Source: the human T2T-CHM13v2.0 reference genome, Homo sapiens
Strand: one strand, 5' to 3'
Assembly: GCF_009914755.1 (NCBI RefSeq)
Contig: NC_060930.1
DNA: 64,000 bases
Below are positions 51,080-64,000 of the stretch, in pieces. The stretch's first letter is position 1. Each line of letters opens with the position of its first letter. A model generated the notes under the pieces. The model did not search any database. It had not been told where the DNA came from and saw only the letters and a list, made by a program, of their open reading frames with translations. Made by a program: the position numbers and the translations under genes.

Positions 51080-54000
51080 AAGTATGCAATTAATGGATCA
51101 TATGGTAAGGCTATGTTTAGTCTGTAGAAAGATACCTTTCTAATGGGATGTACTATTTTGCATTCCTACCAGCAATGAATGAAAGATCCTGTTGCTCTCT
51201 GTCACCAGCATTTGGTATTGACAATGTTTAAAATCTTATTTTAATCGTTCTAAACAGAATGTAAAGAATAGAAGATTTTAAATGTTATAAAGTCTAACTT
51301 ATCTATTTTTATCATGGATAGTGCTCACATTGTGTCTAAAAATTCATCACCAAACTAAGGTCATGTAGAATTTATCTTATGATATATTACAATAAAATTA
51401 TAATTTAGAATTTTAGATTTAGGCCACATTCATTTTGAGTGAATTTTCATAAAATGTGTCTAGCAAAATATGTATAGTGAAAAATGTGCAATGTGTTTAC
51501 TTTTATTTTTGCATATGAGTGTCTGAATGTTAGGCTACTATTTGCTGAAAAACATATCCTTTCTCCATTGAGTTGCCTTTGCTTCTTTGTCAAAGATCAT
51601 TTGACTATAATTTAGTGAGTCTGTTTCTGACTGAGCTTTTTTTTCTATTTCTATTTCATTTGTCTATTTTTCTATTCTTTAACTTATACTATGCTTTCTT
51701 CATTGTTAGCCTTATAAGTCATCTTAAGGCTGGCTAGTGTGCATCCTCCAATGTCTTTCTCTTGGTTATTGTATTTGTTATTCTGAATGTTTTGCCTTTT
51801 AATATAGATTTAGCATCAGGTTGTTTATATCTACAAAATATGAGCTGGTATTTTGAATGGGATTATATTGAATACACAGATCAAGTACAGAAGAATTGAC
51901 ATTCTAAAAATACTGAGTCTTCCAATCCATGAGCATGGAGCATCTCTTCATTATTTAGATTTGATGATTTTTTAAAATCCAAGGTTTGTAGGTTTGTAAT
52001 TTTCCACATAAAAATTGTACATGTTTTATTAGATTTATAAATAAATACTTCAATTTTTGGTGCTATTGTAAACAGTATTTTGTCTTAATTTTAAATGTCA
52101 TTTGTTTGTTGCTGGTACTTTGCAAAGCATTTGACTTTTATATTAAGTTTGTATCCTACAACTTTGCTATAATTCTCTGTCAGTTCTAAGAGTTTGTTGG
52201 TGGTGGTTCTTTGAAATTTTCCAGACAATTATTTCATGTATAAAGGACACAATTTTGTTTCTTCCTTCCCAGTATGTATACTTGTTATTTCCTTATCTTA
52301 CCTCACTGGCTATAACTCCAATATAATGTTGAATAGAAGTTTGATAAATGGGAATATATTTGCCTTATACCTGGTCTTAAGGGAAAAATGTACAGTTTGT
52401 TACTATTAAGTATATTAGATCTAGGTATTTTATAGATGCCCTTTATCAAAATGAGAAAGTTCCTCTCTATTCCTAGCATGTCAAGAGTTTTTATTTTGAG
52501 TGTATGTTGGGTTTTAGCAAATAGTTTTCCTATATGCAATCATATGATCATATAATGTTTCTTCCTGTTTAATTACATTAACTAAATTTCAAATGGTGAA
52601 CCAGCTTGGAATCTCACTTGCTCATGGTGAATAATTTATACGTTGTTGAACTCAATTTGCTTATTTTTGAGGAGGATTTTTGCATCACTGTTTATGTAGT
52701 TTTTATTTCACATACTATCTTTATCTGGTTTAATATTAGGGTAATTCTAGTCTCACAGAGTGAGTTAAGAAGTGTTTCCTCTGCATCTATGTTTTGGAAA
52801 ATTTCATAAGTGTAATTTCCTCCTTAAATGTTTGATATAATTTGTAATGAAATCATCTTGGCCTGGTTTTTTTTTTTTTGGTAGTTTTAATAATTGATTC
52901 AAATTTTTAAATTAACAAAACATCTATTCAGATGATTTATTTCTTCTAGTATGAGTCTTAGTAACTTTTGTTTTCCAATGATTGTGTTCCTTTCATCTAA
53001 ATCTCCAAATTTGTGGGCATATAATCATGCACAGTTATCCTTTATTATTTATTTAATATTCTGGGGATCATTCATTCTAAACTCTGCCCTTTCGTTTCTG
53101 ATGCTGCAGTTTGTGTGTTTTCTATTTTATTCTTGGATAGCTTGGCTAGAGCTTTATCAATATTATTGATCTTTTCAAAAAAGTTGTTTTTGCTTTTGGT
53201 CACTTTCTCCAGTGTTTTCTGTTCTCAACTTCTTCATTTCTGCTCCAAATTTTATTAACTTTGTTCTGCTTGCTTTAGTCATTAGTATCACCTCTTTCAT
53301 TAATTTTAAAGAACAAAGCCCATATTACTAATCTTAAATATTTCTTTTTTTCTAAAATATGCATTTAATGGCATACATTTCCCACAGCACAGCTTTCACT
53401 GCATCCACAAATTCTGACAAGCTGTTTTTCTTTTTACTTTATTTTTGAATGTCTTTGGAGACTTCTTTTATCTGTGTATTATTTAAAGTGTGTTGTTAAA
53501 TCTCCAAATATTTGAGGACATTACAGGTATCTTTCTATTAATGATTTCTGTTTTAATTTAAATATGGTATGATTGCACATGTTATTTATATTCTTTTTAG
53601 TTTTTAAGGTGATTTGTGTGGCCCAGAATGTAATCTATCTGGGGGAATGTTCCATCTGAGTTTAAGAAAAATGTGTATTCTGATGTAGTCGAATAGAGTA
53701 TTTTCTAAATGTCATTTAGATAAAGTTAATTGACAGTGTTATTGGGACCAACTATGTCTTTAACTGATTTTCTTCTGCTTGATGTACCCATTACTAAAAT
53801 AGGGGTGTGGAAGTTAATAGTGGGTTTCTCTATCTTTTCTTGCAGATAGTTTAGTTTTTACTTTATGTATTTTGAGGCATTCTTGTTTGGAGAGTATCTG
53901 TTGCAGGGTATTATGTTTCCTTGGAATTGTGTGATACCCTTCTTCATCCCTGGAAATTTGCTTTGTAACAAAGTCTGCTTTGTCTGAAATTAACATAGCC

Positions 54001-56592
54001 ATTCAATTTGTCTTTTGATTAGTGTTATCATGGTATATCTTTCTCAATCCATTTAATTCATCCTGTTTCTTTATATTTAAAATAGGATTTTTGAGTCAGT
54101 ATATATTTGAGTCTGTTTTTTTTTAATCTTCTCTGACAATCTCTGTCTTTTAATCGATGCATTCAACCCATTCACATTTTAAAGGATTATTCTATAGTTG
54201 GGTTAATATTTATTGCTTGCTATTTGTTTTACTTGTTCTTAATTCCTCCCCTCTACCATCTGCCTTCCTTATTTTTAATGGAACTTTTTGTATAATTTCC
54301 TTCTTGTCTTTACTTACCATTATCATTATAATTTTTTATTTTAATTTTTATTGGTTCCTTGTATCTTATACTATACATTTACAATGAATCTGAGCCTACT
54401 TTCAAGTATCACTATACTGCTTCATGCCTAGTGCATGTAAGGACAAAGAATGCTAAATTTTTCCTTCTATCTTTTATAATATTGTCATTCATTTCAGTTA
54501 TCCATATGCTAGAGTTGTCAAATACACCATCACTATTATTACTTTAATCAAGCAGTTATCAAATAGATGATTTAAACTTTCTTTTAAAATTTATTTTACC
54601 TGAACATACTCCATCTCTGTTGCTCTTCCATTATTTATGTGAATCCCAGTTTTTGATCTGTATCATCTTCCTTATCTTTGAAGAACTTTTAACATGTCTT
54701 GCCTCTTAATTCTGCTGGCAATGAATTCCTTCAGTTTATTTATCTGAGAAAATATTTCTCCATAATTTTTGAAGGATAATTTTACTGGATATGGATGTTT
54801 AGATGGTGTTTTTCTTCTTCTTCTTCTTCTTGTTTCAATCCTTGAAGTACTTCATTTCACGCTGTTCTTGTTTTCATGGTTTATGATGAGAAGTCCTAGG
54901 CAATGTTTTATTCCTTTCCCTCTCTAGATAAGCTGCTTTGCTTTTCTGGCTTTTTTCAAGCTTTCTCTTGATCTCTGGTTTTCTGAAATTTGAATTTAAT
55001 ATGCTTAGGTAAAAATTATTTGGTTTTTATCATACATGGTGTTCTGTATACTTTCTGAATTGGTGGTTTGGTGTATACCATTAATTTTGGAAAAATTTTG
55101 GTTATTATTTCTTTAAATATTTCTTCCACTCTGTTCTCTCTTTCTTCTTTTGGTGTTCCAATTAAGCATATGGTATACCTTATACAATTTCAATTCTAAT
55201 TAAGCATATGATATACCATATGTCTTAGAGTTCTTGGATATTCTGTTCCGTTTTCTTTTTCCTTTTTTTCCTCTTTGTATATCAGTTTGGGAAGTTTCTA
55301 CTGACATTTTAAATCCACTGATTCTTTCCTTGGCCGTGTCCAGTCTACTGATGAGCTTATCAAAGGCATTCTTCAATTTTGAGTCAGTATTCTTTGCATT
55401 TGGCTATTTTCTTTTTATTCTTTTTGAGAGTTTCCATCTTTCTGCTTACATTACCCATCTGTTCTTGCATGTAGCCACTATTTTCACTACAGCCCCAACA
55501 TATTAATCATAGTTACTTTTCTATATAAATTTCTATTGGATAATTCCAAATTATATGTCATATCTAAGTCTAGTTCTTTTTTAAAAATATACTTTAAGTT
55601 CTAGGGTACATGTGTACACTAATGCTTGCCCTGTCTCTTCAGACAGTATTTTTATTGTCTTTTAGCAGGCTTTGAAATTTCTGTTGAAAGCTGGACATGA
55701 CATGATATATGAGGTAAAAAGTCAATATCTGCATTTTTATTTCAGTCTGGCTGGGGACTGGGCTGTGTTTAATGTTTGCTTTAGTTATCGGTTCCTCTGG
55801 AATCAATATCCACTAGTGACCTGTTTTTGTCTCCCCTTTTGTCTATGGGATCTCCCAAGTACTTCTTCCTAAACAGAGCCTGTATCTTGCAGCTCTTTCA
55901 GTTTCATCTGCCATTATTATACTGTTTATTTGTTGGAAAAAAACGTGTGAGAGGGGAAGTGTTATATAATCATAAGATTATATGTGTACCTGGACTGTAA
56001 TTTTTACAAGTTGTTTTTTTAGTGTTTTCTTTTTCCTCTCTCTCTGTTATGAGACAGGAAGGCTAGAAGGGGCTGATGGTGGGTAATTGACCTTCCCTCT
56101 AGCTGAAATAAGGCTCTAGTAAAGACTTTTGCCCTGAAGAGTAATAATTTGTTATGGAGAATGTTCTAGGGATGTTTCAAAATAATTACTTTTTCACTTT
56201 CACTGCCAAAGGCATGAGGGTTTTTCCTTGGCTCTTCAACTTGAGAATCTGGTGAGATATCTTGTGAGTTAAACCCACAAAATGCTCTTAAGAATATGGC
56301 AATAAGGAGGAGTTCTCACTAGTTTCCAGCATTTCATCATACTAACTGCTTAAATCTTTCCATCAGTATTAGAAGAGTTCCAGAAACATTTATTCCAGGT
56401 CAGTTATATCCTCTGTGATTCTCCGTTTTGCCTGTCTTTTCAGACTTTAGGGTTCTGGTTTGCCTTGAGACTGCAATTTAGTGATGGGTCCAAAAAAGTC
56501 ATTAATTTTTAGCTTATTTGCTGTTTTCTTCCTGTAGGAATGGGAGTGATGACTTTTAAGCTCTTCATGTGTTTAAATTGTAACTGGAAGTC
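51080..56592 (-). mobile_element. Long old L1 (L1MC/MD-like): ORF2, ORF1 and 5' UTR
   Basis: ggatcatatggtaaggctatgtttag; ORF 53814-54002 MLISDKADF (EN); ORF 52303-52539 RT-like; 5' end ggagtgatgacttttaagctct...actggaagtc. Confidence 0.85.
55577..55618 (-). mobile_element. Tiny L1PA 3'-terminal insertion
   Basis: T tail followed by tatactttaagttctagggtacatgtg, the antisense terminus of primate L1PA. Confidence 0.85.
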
Positions 56593-57670
56593 TAAATCAA
56601 GAAAAGTCATAGTCAATTTCCTCAGCTTATCTGACCATGAATCTCTTCTTCTAGGAATAAACTATGAGATCTAGTGTTCAATGGAACACAACCAGTTAAC
56701 AGCCATAGGCAGATTTGATTATAAGTTAGTATTATGGATGGCATCCATATTTATTAGCTAGTTCTCTAAATGGCTTTCACAACTCACTAAAATCTTCAGG
56801 ATCACCAACTGCTAACTCTGGAAGGTGTAAACGATGCCTTCTTAGATTTGCAGTTCCAAAGTTTAACCCTAATATTTGGCATATAAATGGCTTTCATAAC
56901 AACTTAATGAATAAATTCTGATTATCAAAAATATAGTTGTTTTATGTGACATTTTATAATTTTAGGTAAAAAAAAATCACCCTGGGAATGAACGACTAAT
57001 AAGTAAAGTAATGTAAATATGAATACTCAGGAGGAAGAGTAGGTCAATGGAGGCTGAGAGATATCACTGAAACAAATGTGGGTGGAAAGTGTTACCAAAT
57101 GTGTCAAACTGTAGATTTCCCGCACCATATGTATGCTTTACTCTGTGAACTAGCGTCTGAGACCAAATGAGGTAACTCAACTCCTTAAGAAGAGAATGGA
57201 ATAAAATGAGAGAACTCACCAGCATTAAGGATGGGTTTTCATTAGTGGTTTCTTTATAAACTCCCAGTTCTACACTGGCTTATACTAATTAAGAGGCAAA
57301 ATGATTACTTATTAAGCACAAACTCTTTGTTAAGTTTCAAATTGATTCAGTTATAACCATAAATTATTTGGTCAGCCTATGAGGAATCTGCTTTAATTTT
57401 TACTTTTCTTCAAAGAGTGACTTGCCTCTTATTAAGGAATTTCAAAAAGGAAGTAATTCTGACCTTGAAGTGCTGCTTAACAGACTGGTAAATGTCTACT
57501 TCTTTGATATGTACCCTGTAGATATTGAACATTGTCTAAACATTTGAAACCATACTTATATGTCAGATTTCATTTGTTTCACAAATACTAGTAGCATGTT
57601 ATTGACAGGAGAACCATCAGATAAATTCGAATCTGCTTTCAGGGTTTTTCTAGTAGCCTACTAGAAACTA

Positions 57671-57711
57671 AATGAATGTCTCTCATGTAAGAATGAATGT
57701 CTCTCATGTAA
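57671..57711. repeat. Perfect 21-bp-period tandem duplication
   Basis: aatgaatgtctctcatgtaa(g) at 57671 and 57692. Confidence 0.95.
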
Positions 57712-58399
57712 TCTCTGGGAACTTCCACTGCTACAACATCTGAATTGCCTGATTTGTAGGAATAATAAATATGCCTTTGGGGAATGGACTGGATAAAGTC
57801 TGAGAAATATTGATAGCAGAAACTGTGATGTAGTGGAGGGAGAGCATATATTTATAGAAAGAAGAAAGTTTCTTTTAGAAGGTCCAGCTCCAGCACAATG
57901 TAAAACAGGCACAATTTTCCACAGTCCACCTAGCATTTCTCCTCTTTTACCCAATTTACTTAGTGACATAGTCCCCAAGTATTAATTTACTAAAAAGTGA
58001 AATTTGACCTTCACAGGTATATGCCAGTTCAGTATATTATATTATTCTAAAAGCAATTCTCATTATATTCATACGTAAGCCATATGTTCCTCCACCTAAA
58101 TAATGTCTGTTTGAAATTTTAAATCTAAAGAGGTTAAGATAGTATTATTGGTAAGTAGTATCTGGTATCATATAAAGTAAAAAATTGATTATGGCAACAA
58201 TATTAATGATCAGAAAACTGTATCATGTTCTGTCTTATGTCAGTGAATTAATAAAATTAAGCTAATAGTTTAATTAAGCTATTTCTAAAAGTATATAAGC
58301 ATTAGTTCTTACAATTCTAACATTGATAGAAAAAGTGAAGTAACAACATTTATATTCATATATTTTTAAATTCATTCCTATTTTCAACCACTTAAAAAA

Positions 58400-58668
58400 T
58401 AGTAAAAATAATGATCAGTTTCTGAGTATTTGTTAGGTATTATGTGCCTGGATCTGTTCCAAGCACCTTACCTGTATTAACTCAGTTAATCCTAATAAAA
58501 ATCATGTGATATTAGACTTATTTTTATCATCTCCATATTAAATACGAATCAAAAGGCACAAAGAGGTTTTGTAGATTGTTCAAAGTGGTAGGGGTTCATT
58601 TTTGGAGTCAAGAGTCAAGAACAAACAGTGTAGACACAAGGCCTGCTCTCTTTTTACCCATGCTACCA
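58400..58668 (-). mobile_element. MIR, near full length
   Basis: tatgtgcctggatctgttccaagcaccttacctgtattaactcagttaatcct...atcatctccatatta...aggcacaaagaggtt. Confidence 0.8.
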
Positions 58669-59939
58669 CAAAATCTATAGCTTTGCACAGTACTTAATAC
58701 ATTAATAAAAAGCTTTATAATTAGAGTGAAAAAGATTTGCTCAAACATTTTATGTCCAGAATCACAGAGAGTGAAAGCTAACTTGGGTTAGCACCATTTT
58801 CTTTGAAGCACAGATATGCACTCAAAGTGTTCCCAGTTCATACTCCACCAGCCACTATCAATTGGTCACAGGCATGGTACAACATGAACACTATCAGCCA
58901 AGCTTGCTGTCTGGGGTTGACCTATCCTAAAAGGCTAGATAATATTTCAAGGCTAGACAATGAATGGCTTTCATACTTGGGGCTGAGGCTAAATATATTC
59001 AAGTGTGTGTGTGTGTCTGTGTGCATGCACAAACATGCACACGTGCATGTGTATAAAGACTGCAGTTCAATGTGGGTTCTTCATATCTCCCAATGTGACT
59101 TTTTAAAAATCTTTGCTGTTTTTTTTTAATCCATAATGATAAAAGAGCTTTAAAATGGTATTTCTCAGTAGAGAACCATCAAGTTAGAATACCTAAAATG
59201 ATATTCATGCAGTAGAAAAAGCAATACACTGCTGGCTTCAGGTCTTTGAAATTGTCTTGAGATTTGAGGATTCTATACAACACCATTCACTCTCATGTGT
59301 CATTTTCTCTGCTCAGAGACCAGAAAGAATATTTCTTGCTTCTCAGTTATCATTAATCTAGTATTCTTCTTTCATAAGGGCTTAAACCAAAATCCTCCTT
59401 GAAAAAATGATCTGTCAAGACGTTTTTCATTTTCCCTCTTAGAATACTGACTACAAAACATGACTTCTTAGATTGAATCTGAGGAGTTAACAAGCATGGA
59501 ACCAATTTAAGAAAAATAAATGCTTTTTATTTTAACAAAGAATGGCTGGAATATAGAAAGAAATGCCAAATCAACAGTTTATTTTGTATAAAGTTAGATG
59601 TTGATCCAAGTTGCAACTGAATACATTCTATTGGAAAGAATATAGACTGCTTTTAGCATATCTAGAAGGTGACAGGAAATAGATTCTGACTTAACTTCAA
59701 GTATCCCCATGCAATATGATAGAAAAGAGAGTCTAAATAGCAACTTTCTTAACTTTAATTCAATAAGTATTTCTATTACATTAGATTTTTATGTTGTTCT
59801 GAGGTAGAGGTCCTACATTCCACAATGATCTAAATTTAAAAAAAAATTAATGATTGCTGAATGCAAAAATCTCATGTTTAATATAGGATAATTTTATATC
59901 ATTTGAGAATTGAGATAACATAAAATGATGAACCACCTT

Positions 59940-60243
59940 TCTTTTTTTTTTTTTTTTTTCTTGAGATGGAGTCTCGCTCTGTCGCCCAGGCTGGAGTGCA
60001 GTGGCGCAATCTTGGCTCACTGCAAGCTCCTCCTTCCGGGTTCACACTATTCTCCTGTCTCAGCCTCCTGAATAGCTGGGACTACAGGTGCCCGCCACCA
60101 CACCTGGCTAATTTTGTGTATTTTTAGTAGAGACAGGGTTTCACCATGTTAGCCAGGATGGTCTCGATCTCCTGACCTCATGATCCGCCCGCCTCCACCT
60201 CCCAAAGTGCTGGGATTACAGGTGTGAGCCACCACACCCGGCT
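59940..60243 (-). mobile_element. AluY, full length
   Basis: Y diagnostics gcaagctcc, gggttcaca, gcccgccacc, ttagccaggatggtctcgatctcc; TSD gaaccac(c/t)tt at 59930-59939 / 60244-60253. Confidence 0.92.
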
Positions 60244-60880
60244 GAACCACTTTAAATTTCATCTGCACATCTTTAAACCTAGATTTTAAACATCATTTGC
60301 TTCACTAAAGACATTGGATTTTTCTTCCAGGGGAAAAGGAAATTATCATCCTCCTTAGAACTGCTTCCCAATCCTGAGACATTTGTAGCCACTCTGAGTC
60401 TCTGGAAAGGTCTTAATAACTTTTTGGCATTTGTTTTATATTAAAATATGTAATCAATTGCCACTTGAGAAGTTAATATTGAGGCTTTTTCAATTAGAGT
60501 AACTCATGCACCTACAATGTTCACTTTCTCAGAATTCTCCTACCCGCTGCCGCATATAACTGTCCCTTTTATGTTTGGCCGATGCCTTATCTACTGAAGC
60601 TATGGCTAAATCCATCTGCACTTGAGTCTAGCAAGTGGAGATACTGGGGAAGTGTTTTGGATTGTTGTAACTTTTAACACTGATTTATCTCAAAGCCTCT
60701 ACCTCGACAAATTTGAATGGAATGAATACTTCTTTCAGTTACTATCATATTTGAAAATCCAGAATTTCCAATACTTGGAGATAATATATCCATTCTTCAT
60801 GGGAATCCTTTCTCTTCATCTAGGCTGGTTTACCAGTGTTCTAATCAAATAACATAAATGTATTTTGTTGATACTTTCTA

Positions 60881-60998
60881 AGAAAGAGTGAAAGAAAAGA
60901 GAAAGAGTGAAAGCAAAAGAGTGAGAGACAGAGAGAGACAGAAAAAGTAAATAAGACAGAAAGAAAGAGAGAAAGAAAAGGGAAAGGAAGTGAGAGAA
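60881..60998. repeat. Purine-rich (GA/GAAA) low-complexity tract
   Basis: agaaagagtgaaagaaaagagaaagag...gggaaaggaagtgagagaaa. Confidence 0.85.
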
Positions 60999-62081
60999 AC
61001 ATTATGTCTGGGCAGCTACTCTGCAGATTTAGAATATTTTCCTTAAGAGTTTGCACATATCCTATTGGAAGTATCTCGTGCAGTAGTGAATGTACTTTTC
61101 CTTTAATAAATCAAGGTGACTTCTATTTTATTTTATTTGTTTTTAGTTAATTTTGGATTTTATTTTATCTTATATTAGAAAGTGCTTTAATTAAATTATT
61201 CATGTCTGAAACTCCCTATGTTTTCCACTGAGCTTTTGTTGTTGTTTCTTTAAAGAATAAATCTTAAAAAGTAACATAAATTTCATTTTCATTTTACAGG
61301 CATACATTAGTTTGTTTTGTATGTTTGGGTGATGATACTCTCTGTATAGTGTTTGGATAATCAGGGTCAAGGTAAGGATGTTTTTAAATACATAGCAGAT
61401 GAAATGCAGTGATAAAAATATGATGGTTTTGAATTTGCTTTCACAAAGAACATAAAGCTACAGGGAACAAAAACAATGAAGCTTGCATAGCTATCTTTGT
61501 CCAGCAGAGACCAGGTGCCTCTATAAACTATCCCTGCATGAAATAATAACTACTGAAGGTTTGGGTTGTTTTGAAATTGCTGATATTTGTAGAAATTTGA
61601 GCTAGGATTCTATCAAAACGTGTACATTCCAACAGTTTTTCAACATGATCTCTCATTCATCATTTAAATAAAATCTCTAAGTGGAATAAATCTATTAATC
61701 TTTCATGGAGACAGAAGACCAAGCTTGTTTTGGTTATTGTTCTTGCTTATAGTGTAATAAAGAACTTAGGGAACACAATGGGAGAAATGAAGATCGCATT
61801 ATGGAGTAGGAAAAAAAAAGGTGTTTCCTTAAAAATGAACTGATAGAAGGATTCAGAGAATTGTTAAGGTTGGAAACCACTTTCTCTTACAAAAAAAAAA
61901 AAAAAAATTAAAGAAAATGGCCACCATGGGGCTTTGGGGCATGCAGCATGTATTTTCTTCCCTCTTTGCTAGCTAGCTAACTTCACTTGGGCAGAACGTC
62001 CTGGATCTGAAACTGAATGCTTTCTTGTAGAAGTTCAAGCTCATTGTATTTTAAGATACACTTCCGGGAGAATCAGTATAC

Positions 62082-62122
62082 CACACACGCACACACGCGT
62101 GCACACACACACACACACACAC
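62082..62122. repeat. Interrupted (CA)n microsatellite
   Basis: cacacacgcacacacgcgtgcacacacacac... Confidence 0.9.
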
Positions 62123-62413
62123 AGCTTGGTTGCTTGAGTTTGAGCCCCTCGCTATGAACTTTTATTGCTTTACTAGACACCTGAGGGGAACTCAGAAATG
62201 ATATATTTTATCTTATTTTTCACATTATTGTATATTTTCTTGTGTCATAACTTACTGTGTGTGATACTTACCTCACTTGGTGGATTGTGCTTCACTATAT
62301 TTTTTTAGTATTCTTATTACTTCCTCGACTAACACCTTCTTTAATCAACTTTCTTTATAAAATTCCACTGGAATTCGCTGTGACTTGAGGGCTTTCTCAA
62401 AAGTAGTTTAGGA

Positions 62414-62898
62414 TGAGGGACACAAACCCTTGGTACCCATGGTTCCCCTCTGTGGCCCGTTAGGAACAGGACCACACAACAGAAGGTGAGGAGCAGGTGA
62501 ACAAGCATTAGTGCCTGAGCTCTGCCTCCTGTCAAATCATCTGAGGCATGAGGTTCTCATAGGAATGCAAACTCTATTGTGAGCTGTGCATGTAAAGGAT
62601 CTAGCTTGTGTACTCCTCATGAGAATCTAACTCCTGATGATCTGTCACTGTTTCCCATCACCCACATTTGGGACCACCTAGTTGTAGGAAAAAAAAAGCT
62701 CAGGGCTCCCACTGATTCTAAAATATGTTCAGTTGTATCATTATTTCATTATATATCACAATGTAATAATAATAGAAATAAAGTGCACAATATATGTAAT
62801 GTGCTTGGGTCATCCTGAAACCACCCCCTCCTCCAGTCCATGGAAAAACTGTCTTGCATGAAACCTGTCCCTGGTGCCAATAATGTTGGGAACTGCCG
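62414..62898 (+). mobile_element. MER1A hAT (Charlie3-derived) element
   Basis: gttaggaacaggaccacacaacagaaggtgag...cctgagctctgcctcctgtca...atgaaacctgtccctggtgccaa; degenerate 8-bp TSD gtttagga/ctttaaga. Confidence 0.9.
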
Positions 62899-63289
62899 CT
62901 TTAAGACATCTATTCAATAAAAAAAAAGTTAAAAAGCAAACCAACTTCACTTTCCTCCCTGAGTGCAATGTAGAAAAGGACATATAATATGTGCTTCATC
63001 AACTCTTTTTTTTCTATTGAGTAGATGCCCTAAAGTACTTCTGAGAAAGCCCTCAAGTCACGGTGAATTACAGTGGAATTTTATAAAGAACGTTGAGTAA
63101 ATAGAGTGTCAGTCAATGAAGTAATAAGTTAAAAATATTGAAAAATATACGGAACAATGAAAACAAAATGGGCATGATTGGAGATGACCAGGCCTTTAAG
63201 AGAGTAACCACAGAGAGTAGCCTGATAGGATTTCTCAGTTCTTGCTTAAGATCCACTTAATGAAGGATGCACAGGTCATTCTTGTATCA

Positions 63290-63870
63290 TGTAGGTGTGA
63301 TTGGCAGCTGAGGAACTGGGCTTCAGAAGTCAGCACAGACCACCGCAAGAAAACCTGCGCTCAGAGCAGGATTTAGGTGGAGCTAGATGGAACCTGGTCC
63401 ATCTAGCTCCACCTATGGCTTGGAGCAGGTATTTGCCCAAACACTTGAATATTTTAAGGATTTTTCAGGTGAAGATCCTAGACGTTATGACAAAATATGG
63501 GGATGTAAGGGTGAATAGATATCCACTGTGAAGAGTAACCTATAAAGAGGTGATAAGGGATGAAGAGCTGCCTATTTATCATTAAAACTATCTTCAACCT
63601 AGATTAAATAATGAATCGATGGCCTAGAAAAAAAATCACCAACAAAGGCATAGTTCCCAATGAAAGGAGAAGAAAAAACTTGGATGAAAGAGATAAATTC
63701 TCCTACTTTCCAGCATGTGGTTAAAATTAAGCTTTTGGCTTCCTGCAGGCCTTATTTCATTCATTTATACAGCTGGGCACTTTGTTTTGGAGATGTAGAG
63801 AGGCTGCTTGAAAGACCAAGAAAGTGAGTACTTTAAAAAGCATTAAATTGGATCAGTTTAGAAAATTGTT
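63290..63870 (-). mobile_element. Decayed L2-like fragment
   Basis: Purine-rich text with loose L2 resemblance (ggatttttcaggtgaagatccta, ccaagaaagtgagtacttt...aaatcct). Confidence 0.35.
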
Positions 63871-64000
63871 AAATCCTAATGTGATGCCCAAATCAACTTA
63901 AATGACTCCAGGGGAGTGGTTAAAGATGTTTATTATACATTTCCAGCCCTTAGCATAAAATAAACCAGACACATCAAATGGAAGAATATCTGTGTTTCTC

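Noticed and set aside
57557-57660. Possible minus-strand exon (tttctag acceptor to gtatgg donor)
   Set aside because: Every frame contains a stop, the peptide is unrecognised, and the splice signals are common motifs.

Overview
AT-rich, CpG-poor primate genomic DNA (very likely human; it carries AluY, AluSc, THE1, MER11 and an L1PA fragment). Most of it is interspersed repeat: layered old L1s (L1ME/MC/MB/MA), MaLR/ERVL/ERV1/ERVK solo LTRs, Tigger and hAT DNA-transposon fossils, MIR/L2 remnants and microsatellites. I found no host protein-coding exon, RNA gene or CpG island. The only ORFs with recognisable homology are dead L1 ORF1/ORF2 and Tigger1 transposase fragments. I cannot support a new gene system here. 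The most unusual signal is a set of rearrangement or template-switch scars. These are a THE1 LTR whose 3' end is replaced by an inverted copy of a THE1 5' end (16605-16938), an MLT1A LTR with a duplication-inversion-duplication (37975-38268), an inverted triplication (38601-38727), a perfect 18-bp hairpin (63374-63415), and several junctions where oppositely oriented elements are fused with their ends missing. LTR orientation bias hints that the window lies in an intron of a + strand transcript (inference). Repeat family names come from recalled consensus sequences, so subfamily calls and boundaries without TSDs are approximate.
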